Shown: piece by piece, positions 33,001 through 42,433 of the stretch | Layout: every line of letters starts with the position of its first letter | Position numbering within the stretch: position 1 is the first letter of the stretch | Assembly (NCBI GenBank): GCA_002269645.1 | Contig: NIVC01004493.1 | Span: 1 to 44,275, forward strand | DNA from: Macrostomum lignano | Taxonomy: Eukaryota | DNA: 44,275 nt | Direction: 5' to 3' | Position numbers and translations under genes: made by a program | The notes under the pieces: generated by a model | What the model was told of the DNA's origin: nothing | Seen by the model: only the letters and a program-made list of their open reading frames with translations | Database searches by the model: none

Positions 33001-34293
33001 CCGCCACCGATTCCCCAGTCCAACAGGTCGATCGCCCAGCCCAGATCCGTGCGCCCTGTTTGGCTCGCCAGCCAGCAGCTGCGAGGAAATCGACACGCCG
33101 CCGCCTGTCGAGACCGCCGCCGCGGCCGCCGCGGCTGTGGCGCTCGCCGCTGCTTCCTCCGGCCGCTGCCGCTGCTGCCGCTGCGCCCCGTCGCCCGCCG
33201 GCCGGGCATCTGATGCGGAACTCGAGTCGGCGGCTGTCGGACGAAGCGAATCGTTCTATGAGAACTGCGGCCCGAATCTGTCGCGAGAGTACATTGAGAA
33301 GCATTTCGGCTCCGCTGTAGGAGACTCTACTGAAGGGCCATCGCCCACTCCACCAATGCAGCGCCTGCAGCTCAACACTGGACAGCGCCAGCTGCTGATT
33401 GGGGGCCGCGTGTACGAACGGCTCAAGCCGTCGCCGCCGCCTTCACCGCCGCCTCCCGTGTCCCCGCCACGGATTTCTGTTTTGACACCTACGACGCCGC
33501 CCATGATCCCGAGTTTGCTGTCACGGCCGCCTCCGTCGCAGCCACCTTCGTCCCAATCGTCTCCGTCAAAGTCACCTCAACTACCCTCGCCTCCGGCAAA
33601 GCTGCTTCCGTTGGAGCTGCCTCAGTCACAGCAGCCTCAGTCACAGCAGCCTCAGTCACAGCAGCCTCAGTCACAGCAGCCTCAGTCACAGCTGCCTCAG
33701 TCACGGCAGCCTCAGTCACAGCAGCCTCAGTCACAGCAGCCTCAGTCACAGCAGCCTCAGTCACAGCAGCCTCAGTCACAGCAGCCTCAGTCACAGCAGC
33801 CTCAGTCACAGCAGCCTCAGTCACGGCAGCCTCAGTCACAGCAGCCTCAGTCACAGCCGCCTCCGCCGCCTCTGTCGCCTCCGTCAAAGCCACCTCCACT
33901 GCCTCCGCCGCCTCTGTCGCCTCCGTCAAAGCCACCTCCACTGCCTCCGCCGCCTCTGTCGCCTCCGTCAAAGCCACCTCCGTCACAGTCGCCTCAAACA
34001 CCGCCGCCTCTGCTGCTTCCGTCCGAGCCACCTCCGCCGCCGGTGCCCCTGATCGCGTCACCACCTCCGTCCGCACGATTGCCGCAACTACCGGCTACAA
34101 CTCTGCCGCTCACCTTTGTCACTGGTGGCGATTTTCGCCGGGCCTGGTCGGCCGACACCGGCCAGCAGAATGGCGAGTGCCGCCGCGGAGTCGCCCGTCA
34201 GCATCGGTTCTGTTCGGTCGACTGCTGGGATGAGACGAGAAATGCTGTCACTGCTCATCATCAGCTGACTGGCGGTTCCGGCAGCGATCCAGG
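33001..34293 (+). CDS. unc-13: unc-13 large Pro/Ser/Gln-rich exon (inferred)
   Basis: CATCAG|acceptor, phase 2, in frame with ORF 32918-34297. Donor GG|GTGAGC at 34294, or stop TGA at 34295-34297 if unspliced. Assigned to unc-13 by phase continuity and position, not by homology. Confidence 0.65.
33618..33985 (+). repeat. coding tandem repeats: 15-bp (QPQSQ), about 16 copies, then 42-bp (PPPPLSPPSKPPPL) x3
   Basis: CAGCCTCAGTCACAG units followed by CCTCCGCCGCCTCTGTCGCCTCCGTCAAAGCCACCTCCACTG units. Confidence 0.9.
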
Positions 34294-34722
34294 GTGAGCG
34301 GCGAGGCTTATTAGCGATTGCAGTTCTTAGAAAGCGTCTCAAGTCTGAATGCGGGGAGAAGTAACAAAACTGAGTCGTGTTATTCCGCTGGCACACGCTC
34401 ACACAGGGTGTACAGCGTAGTTGCGTAGGTGGGTCCTCGTGGGCGTCAAGCCGGCAGCCTCGCGGAATCAAGACAGCAAAGTTCGTTGCCAGATCTGGCT
34501 ATAGTGACTTCAAACTTTTCAATTTTTCGAATGCTTGATAGCCAAAATTATGCACTGGGCGCAATGATTTTTTCAACGGGCGCCAAAAGTTATATTTAGT
34601 ATAGATATTTTACTGTTTAAATTAGTTCATGAATATGGTTGCTTATTGCGATAGTCATGTCCAATATTACTATCTTCATGAAAGTAGTTAATGAGGGATT
34701 AAATCAGTCTTATTGTCCTGCT

Positions 34723-35437
34723 TCACCGAGCGCGAAACTGTCCACCAAACTTGTTGACAATGCTTCGCAGCCGCTGGCACTCGGTCACCAGCTGCTCGTG
34801 CTGCTCAACCAGGCTATCGACGACCTGTTCCGCCATCTTCTTGTCATTCAAATCGCCGATTCCTCGACCCTCGGACTGCAGCTCGTCATTGAAGGATCGC
34901 GTCAGCTGTTGGATTCGTTCGCCGATGACGCGAACCTCCGACTGCCAGGCGTCGTTGGCTTCGTTTGCGTCCAACAGTACGCAGGTGTACTCGAGCAGGT
35001 AGCTCGCCACGAGTACATCGGCAATGAGCTGCTCGGCGTTAGTAGCCGATCTGCCGACCGTAGTCAGCAGGCGGGCGGTGAGGTGGGCCTGGCCCTCCAG
35101 CAGACGCGGCCCCTCATGCCGGGCTCGCCGTACCCGGATGGCGGTGCAGTAGATCAGCGATCTTTCGCTTGTTGGCGCCAGCAGGTCATCTTCGGCGAAA
35201 AATTTCTTTCGAATGAAAGTAGCCCGACTCTCGCCGCAGACGTGATCTGAGTCGTAGTCGTCGCCGCAGTTCCAGCAGAACTCATGACCGCAGGCGCAGC
35301 TCATATGGTTGCAACCGTCCGTCTTTTCCACAAGCGTCTGACAGCCTGGGCACCGTTTGCCTCGCACAGACATCACGGCGAAGAGCTCCCGAGAGCGCAG
35401 GTTGGCGTGGCCTTTCACTGCCATCTCGCTCAGGTAG
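34723..35437 (-). CDS. Ariadne-like RBR E3 ligase, last exon (RING2/Rcat plus helical tail)
   Basis: TTTAG|acceptor, phase 2. KRCPGCQTLVEKTDGCNHMSCACGHEFCWNC...HVC, with the catalytic Cys codon at 35311-35313. Stop at 34723-34725. Confidence 0.92.
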
Positions 35438-35672
35438 CTAAATTTTTGGGGTTGGTAGGTGCAAACCTTTGATTGGCTCTGTAGTGCCAATTTTCATAAA
35501 CGGTTGTGAAAAGTCCTATACTTAATTATGACTCAAGTCGGACGGGAAACTTAGTTTCTTAGAAATCAGAAAAAGCCAAAGGAGCGAACCTAAAAATTGA
35601 AAGCTTCTAGCTCGGTAGCGTATTTTTCATGCAAAATCAGCCTCTAGTTTTCTAAGAAACAAGATAACTCAC

Positions 35673-37466
35673 CGTTCCGCAGTGGCGCAGTCAACTGGCC
35701 AATGGGGTTCTTTGCCGCACGCTAAACAGAAGCTGGTCCAGCAGCAGCACAGTGCGCTCTTGCCTCCGTTGTCAGCCGCAACGAGAAGGCGCCCGCACCG
35801 AGGCAGCGGGCAGAACCGCGACACGGGCAGACGGCGCTGCCAAGCCCGAAACGCCGCACCGGCCAGCGCTGGAAGCAGGCGATCAGGACAGAACCACAGC
35901 AGGACGGCCGCGTCAAGCGGAGTGCGGCAGCCGCTGCTTGGACACTCAACGCTGGCATCACCTGCGCTAAGAGCCGTAGTCACGTGTCTCACCCAGCAGG
36001 TGTTGCAGAATCGGTGCCGGCAGCCTCCCAGAGCGGTGGATCGCTTTGAAAACTTCGCAGCTGAGCTTGTCCGCATCAGATTGTTGCAAATGCCGCACTC
36101 GATCCCCGCGGAGTCGATGCTATCCTCGAGAGTGACAGTAGCCGATGCGGAGAACATTGGCAGAGCTCTAATCGCGGCCACTCTCGCGTCTGTCTCTTTC
36201 CAGACTTCGGTGCGGCACCAGCCAACTGGGACCTGGCCGTACTGCGGCTGGTACACCACCAGACCTCTGGTGCTAGTCGGCCCGGGAGTCAGCAGACCGC
36301 GAAGGTACTCAAACGGATCCGACTTGTTGGCAAGCTTAGCAACGGAAATTCGTCGATGCCTCACCGAGTCCGAGTTAGCTGCGGCCACAATGTGCCTCAT
36401 CGACAGTTTAGTAAAGCCGTTCGCTTCGCTTATGACCTCGAATGCAACTGACTCACAGAGGTTTTCCTGCAGAAGCACCGCAAACTTCCGCGGCTGCGAA
36501 CTGCTCATACAGAGAGCGTCAGTACCAGCGAAAATCCACTCGAGTCGCTCCGGCAAGACCAGGTGCGACTTAGCGTTTAAAATTGGACGCTTCTGCAAAA
36601 GAACAGAATCGATATGGCCTGATAGAGCACCCGGGGCTGTAACCTCTTCGGCGGCTTCGTCATCTTCAGCAACCAGAATCCAATCGTCTTGCTGAGTTGT
36701 CCCTTCGGGCTCTACCTCGAACGGCAAGAGAGGCTTTCCATTCATCGATGACTGCGACCCAGGCTTGACACGCATCGCATCGAACACGGTCGGAGCGGCT
36801 GATCGATCTGACGCGGTCAATTTATGAAACGACTCGTCCGCTTCGCTCTCGTCCGCAGAGTCCTCGTAATCGACGCTGTTGAAGTCGCAATAGTCGTCCT
36901 CAATTAGCGCTTGGCCTCGACAGTTCAAGCGTCGTCTCTGTCTTCCGCAAGCACGACTATGACAGCTGTCATCAATCAGCCGCGAGTGAGGGATCTTGTT
37001 CGCCGCTCCACCGGTCGGCTTTCGAATTTCAACGAGAACTTCCGTTCGTCTGTCACTGTCCAGGCGCAACGTTTCGGCGTCTTCGAGCTCCGATTTCGGC
37101 ATTTCAAATGCTCGGAGCATCGATTCACGATTTACTCGACCGCGATGGCCTCCGAAACTGACGAGTGCTCGAGCTTGCCGAGCATGCTCAACCTGGCTGC
37201 TGAATGAAACCTTGCCACCTCGCAGCTTCGACTCGCTGTTGAGTCGACTTCGCAGCTCGTTAGCAGCCAGGCGCATGTAGTCGAAATTGGTTGCCAAGCG
37301 TCTGGTGGCGAGCTTGCCTCTGCCCTGCGGTCTCCACTCGGTGTCAAGCAGGGCCAGGCTGTAGTTGCGCAGGCTTCTGTCTCCGCTGTTGCACTGATTG
37401 GCAATCTGGTCCTGCATGTCCCAGCGTGACTTCTTGTTGAGCGAGTAGGCCACTCTGAAGTCGAAG
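35673..37466 (-). CDS. Ariadne-like RBR E3 ligase, middle exon (unrecognised N-region plus RING1 and IBR)
   Basis: RING1 CGIC...CRHRFCNTC...CPSSGC. IBR CPLPRC...CCC...FCLAC...HWPVDC. TTGCAG|acceptor at 37466 and CG|GTGAGT donor, phase 2 to 2. Confidence 0.92.
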
Positions 37467-37544
37467 CTGCAATTGTAAATTGTTATTTTATTTTTTGAAA
37501 AGCTTTCGAATGCATGAAGAATAATATAACTAACGATAATAATT

Positions 37545-37813
37545 GATTACACCTGCCCAATTGGGCCAGATTTACAACCGACAGCTCAGCCGCAGCTGTT
37601 GCGCGGCGCATCTGAAGGCTGCGTACGGCTGTTCAGTCCAAGGACTGGGGGGTCGCCACACACACCCTCAATTACCCCAGCTAATGCCGGCACCCATTTT
37701 ACAGCTGGGTTAACTGAGGCAATGCAGAGTTAAGTGTCTTGCTCATGGACGCGAATCGAACCCCAACCTTCAAGTCGTAAGTCGGACGCTCTAGCCACTG
37801 GGCTACAACCCCC
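37545..37813 (-). mobile_element. tRNA-headed CORE-type SINE, copy 1 (in RBR intron 1)
   Basis: On the - strand: A box TAGCCCAGTGG (37795-37805), B box GGTTCGATTC (37753-37762), CORE-like GAGCAAGACACTTAACTC...TGCCTCAGTTAACCCAGCTGTAAATGGG, and a TTA-rich tail. Homologous to copy 2. Confidence 0.88.
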
Positions 37814-37922
37814 TTTTAGAAACGACGACTTAATTAGGACGGAAACTTCGTTTCTAAGAAAGCTTTATGGAAAAAATACACTACGGAGTTGGGGGTTGAC
37901 TTTTGATTTGTTCCACACTTAC

Positions 37923-38209
37923 TCATTGTCAGCCAAGCAAATCCGGTCCAATTCGCTATGGTTCGCATTGGGCTTTGAGATCAACCTTTTGGTCGGCTCT
38001 CTGCAGTACCGCTTGCTGTCGTACGGTGAAACTTCAAATGAGACTATACCGCAGTTTCTCATCTCCTTGTTAATCCTGTGCGTTCTTCGCATCGTGTTGC
38101 CGTTCTTGATTCTGACCGGGCCGTCTCCTTGGTTGAGGGGTTGTAAGGAGGCGCTGGCAGCTCTTGTACTAGCAGATTTGCTAGCTCTGCGACGCCTTGA
38201 CAATCCCAT
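37923..38209 (-). CDS. Ariadne-like RBR E3 ligase, probable first coding exon
   Basis: Open frame ends at the donor GA|GTAAGT, phase 2, which matches the acceptor at 37466 (joins ...LADND-FDFRVAY...). Start Met uncertain (38209 or 38092). Confidence 0.6.
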
Positions 38210-38589
38210 GCCTCTTGCAGAAATAGTAGTTTTCTCCTTGCTGTTGCCTAATTCGCTGGTGTGTCCTTGGCTTGCTTGTCTTCTCAATCGGAGCAAATTG
38301 TGCCCGAGACGTCAACTGTTTTATAGTGTAGTTCCAAACGTTGCAATACGCATGACTCCTGTTCTATTTATACGCTCGTAGACCACAGATGCCCAGTGCA
38401 ACTGTTGGCTGGGGTGCTCCTGCAATGTTCTAAAAATAGCTCACCCTGTTTGTGTCTCGCAATCTAGCGCAAGAGCATTGACAGTATTTGGTAAAAAGTC
38501 CGTCACTGGTATTTCTATTACTGACAGTAGAAAAGTTGAGTTTTTCGTATTTTTAATTGGATTTACTCCTCATTTGTATCTTTTCTCAG

Positions 38590-38712
38590 GAGTACATAGT
38601 CTCGAAACCGCACCTGAACATCCGCAGAGCCGGTCAGAGCTTCGCCGAGTCGATCTGGTCGCGACAGCGCTGGGCAGAGGCATTCAGTCTGGTGTGCAAC
38701 CGCATCAATAAC
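38590..38712 (+). CDS. unc-13: unc-13 exon carrying a calmodulin-binding 1-5-8 motif
   Basis: TCTTTTCTCAG|acceptor and AAC|GTGAGC donor, phase 0 to 0. EYIVSKPHLNIRRAGQSFAESIWSRQRWAEAFSLVCNRINN: W-x3-F-x2-V as in Munc13-1 AKANWLRAFNKVRMQL. Not in the ORF track in this frame. Confidence 0.72.
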
Positions 38713-39374
38713 GTGAGCCCAAGTGCCTTCTATTAAATGGTGGCAATGGTTTACCGTTAGCTTTAGCCCAGGCATACAAAACCCCAACTGGTGACTCTAT
38801 AGCTCGGTTTGGAATCTGACCAACCTGAATAAACGCCATCTACTTCCAGCATCCCTAGCTCTCTCCATCATTAATCTATGGAGTAATTTGCTGAGCATAT
38901 CAGCTCTTTCAGGCTCTTTAGAGAAGGAACTTCCTACCCAAGGGCCTCCGCAGTGGCCCAATCCCCATTGCGGAGTCTTTATCGGACTTTAGGGAGAGGA
39001 GAATTAGTGAGGAAGCGATTAGATTGGAAGCAAACAGTGGGGGGGGGGGCTTAGGAAAGGAAGGACTGACCGGCTTTCAAATTCTTCTGCTCAAGCGGAC
39101 CTCCTTTTTTAACTTGCTGGCCCTAAATTCTTAAAGGAAAAAAAGCAGCCTCGTAGGAGCTCAAGAGTTCATGCTCCACTCTCACCCTGTCCCTTCTCTC
39201 TCGCTCTCTTCAACGCCACCCCCGGGGGGGGGGGATTTCGGGGCATCAAGTTATCAAGCTGAAACGGCGGCAGCGCCAGATTGTCGGAGTCGGGCCGGGA
39301 GACGTCAATTTCCCTTCAGTACTGGCTCCCCTGCCCTTGGGTCCAGTCAACTGATGGCACTTCATCTCGCTTGG

Positions 39375-39377
<3 letters not shown>

Positions 39378-39453
<76 letters not shown>
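39378..39453 (+). repeat. (GA)n microsatellite
   Basis: Directly visible. Confidence 0.95.
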
Positions 39454-39460
<7 letters not shown>

Positions 39461-39526
39461 GACTGCCAGACAGACGGAGAGAAAGCAATTTGCTAGTTCA
39501 AACTTGAAAGCCAGTCCAAGGAGTAC

Positions 39527-39527
39527 C

Positions 39528-39560
<33 letters not shown>

Positions 39561-39572
39561 GAGAGAGAGAAG

Positions 39573-39606
<34 letters not shown>

Positions 39607-39611
39607 GTGAG
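39527..39611 (+). repeat. interrupted (GA)n microsatellite
   Basis: Directly visible. Confidence 0.9.
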
Positions 39612-40074
39612 AACAGAATCTGAAAATGGAACTTTGCCTATTTGCACACAAAATCCCTTGGCAATGTTCTCAATAAATTCATGGCTAAACAGTTCTCTAA
39701 AGTCCAGATTTCTAGTCTGCAGTGTCCATGGCCAGACAGAGACTATAGCGGGCTGATGACTGTACTGGATAATACTGACTGCCTGGCTGCTAAATCGAGC
39801 GCGACTCGTTGAGGCGTAACGACTGAACTGCACTGCACTCCTCGTAATTACGTATCGACCGAATCGCCCAATAATATAAGCTAGTACGAATGCTGTGTAG
39901 TGTATATTTACAGTCTGAATAATCTGAAATTACCGCCCCAGAGGTCCCTACTGGCGCCAGAAAATTGTCTGTGACTACTAAAATCCAAAGCAGTGGACAG
40001 GGCAGCTCAACGTCTTGACTCTCGCGTCACGACCCCCCCCCCGTTCGGCCGCATTCATTTGTGGCTTGTGTGCA

Positions 40075-40157
40075 GGGGGTTGGCGATTCACAGCAATGAA
40101 TCGCCAACCCCCAAGGCACAGAGAGCGTACATGCCTGATGATTAGAAAGCCAGGGCC
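40075..40157. repeat. short dispersed repeat, copy B, with a perfect 16-bp hairpin
   Basis: GGGGGTTGGCGATTCA-CAGCAA-TGAATCGCCAACCCCC (40075-40112), followed by the core shared with 22274-22326. Confidence 0.8.
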
Positions 40158-40306
40158 GTTGTACCTCTTGTGACGCAATTCACAGCACGCCTTACTTTCC
40201 TGATAGGCTGCCTGAGCAAGACCGCTGGCTGAGTACGCAACGCAAATTACTTACGCAAGCGCACACTCACGAGCACTTCTTCATCGTCAATAATAAATAA
40301 TTAACT

Positions 40307-40581
40307 GATTGCACCTGCATCAACTGGGCTAGATCTGCAACCTTCGAGCTATTGCGCGGCGCATTTGAAGGCTGCGTACGGCTGTTCAGTCTAAGGATTT
40401 GGGGACACCCTTAATTATCCCAGCTAATGCTGGCACCCATTTTACAGCTGCTGGGTGAACTGAAGCAATGCAGAGTTATGTGTCTTGCTCAAGGACACAA
40501 ATTGTTCCGAGTGGGTCGAGAATCGAACCCCCGACCTTTCAGTCGTGAGTCCGACGCTCTAGTCACTAGGCTACAACCCCC
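40307..40581 (-). mobile_element. tRNA-headed CORE-type SINE, copy 2
   Basis: On the - strand: A box TAGCCTAGTGA (40563-40573), B box GGTTCGATTCT (40519-40529), CORE-like GTGTCCTTGAGCAAGACACATAACTC...CTTCAGTTCACCCAGCAGCTGTAAAATGGG, and a TTA/TTTA tail. Confidence 0.9.
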
Positions 40582-42286
40582 TCATCGTCAGGCAATGTCC
40601 ACAGAGTTGGCCCTAACAAGCATGAGTATAGCATAGCAGAAGCTTTCAGCGTGAAACCCGGTATTCATGAGGTGACACCGCGGACTCGAAGCTATGATGC
40701 CTGTTACGAGGATCTCACGCGTTACAGCTCCACCGCTTGTCATTCCCTGGATCAATCATTCATCTACCGTCGTCTTCGCTTGGGTGCCAACCAATAGGGA
40801 TAATATAGCTTTGTCAACATGCGTTAAGTAAGGAAAAACTCCCCGAGTCGTAAAACTCCTCCCCCCTCTAGATCGTACACTCAGCTTTCCTCAACCTATC
40901 CTATCAACATGCTTCGCTGCCTCTCCAGCCCCCCGTGACCCCGCTCTGATCAATAAATAGCTCAGAAGTTCATGGGTTGGAGAGGGCATAAAAAGAGAGA
41001 AAGCCACACTGCAAAGGCGTCTCTCCCCCCCCCAAGCCTTTGCCATTTCATTCTCACTGGCTTCGCCGTCTTCCGCTTTGGCAATCGGCGGCAGCGTCAT
41101 TGACAGAGAGTTTGTGCGCCATCGAATGCGGCAGGGTGTGCCCTGGCTACTCTGCTCCCCGCTACCCCGCTCTCCCCATCCCTCCTGCCTCACCATCGCT
41201 GTCAAAAGTACACAGGACACAGGGGGGGATAAAGTGGTTTGACCATTCACCTTACGAAAAGAGCATGATTGAGATAGAAGTGATGACGAATGACGACGGG
41301 AATAAACTTACTGCATCGCTTGCTCCCAAAAAGCCTAAAAGTTAGCCCCCCCCAAAATTGGAGCCATATTGCAGATTCCAATTTTCTATTTATCTCTACC
41401 GAAAATGCTTCCAAGCTGCATCTAGCAGCCTAATCCCACAGGCTGATTGCTCGCATTTAGTGGATCAGATGAAGAAGCGCAGGCAGCTGCGAAGGGATGT
41501 GCGCGCGACAGCCATCAGCTCAAGATGCCACTTCTTGCCATCCTATGGGGAGCTGCCAGTGCATCCCTGTTCCTTCCTGTCATCGGCTTCTTGCTCGCGC
41601 CTCGCCCCAGCCTCGCCCTCGGCCAGAAAGAAGGGCTATGAGAGATGGCCACTAGGAGAGGGGGAGGGGCATGGCTGCTCCAGACCGCCCAGGCCTCTGT
41701 CACTATAAAACCACGCCAGCACACGGCACTGGTGGCAGCAGTTATCATCTCTCTCTCCCTGTCTCTTTCGCCAGCCTCAAGACAAACCGTCCCTCTGAAT
41801 TATCGGCAACTGCTGAGAGTCAAACTGCTTCAGCACTAAGCTGTGGACTATAGTTTCCTTTGTCCTCTACCGCCTGCTGGTTGAGACGACTATGGAAGAC
41901 TCACCGCTAAAAACTGAGACAGAGAAAAGCCAAGGAAGGAGGCTGAGGGACAGAGCGGAGGAACACCGGTTGAAGACCTTTCTCCCTGTCTCTTTCTCAA
42001 GGCCGGCCTAAAAGTTTTCTTCCCAAGTCATCCGACCTCGCTGAGCTTCCTATACTTTTCTATTCCGCCTCCCTATACTCCCCAAGGCTCTCCTTCTGTC
42101 TCCGTTTTCTCGCCAACCAGCGCTCTCGCACACTCGGGAGGGAATTAGTGCGGCACCCTCCCCCCAGCCCCGTGCCTCGTCCCCACACACACACGCGCGC
42201 GCCCTACTGGTGGAGAGGGACTTTCTCGCGCGCCAAACAAAGAGAGAGAGAGGCAGAGATAGCAGCAGCGGCAGCCAGAAGGCCGC

Positions 42287-42379
42287 ATGGGAATCGGCCC
42301 CAGCTCACTGTGCCCACCGTTGCATCCGTCAGCGCCGCCCCAATCGAGCTTAACCTTTGCCCTGAGGCCAGGCCGCCCA

Positions 42380-42433
<54 letters not shown>

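Noticed and set aside
37750-37813. tRNA gene (also 40515-40581)
   Set aside because: A/B boxes are present but there is no complete cloverleaf or acceptor stem. They continue into CORE and tail sequence, so they are SINE heads.
37734-38381. 215-aa hydrophobic + strand ORF resembling a membrane protein
   Set aside because: It starts with GTG inside a SINE and is the antisense shadow of the RBR first exon, whose - strand frame has a phase-matched donor.
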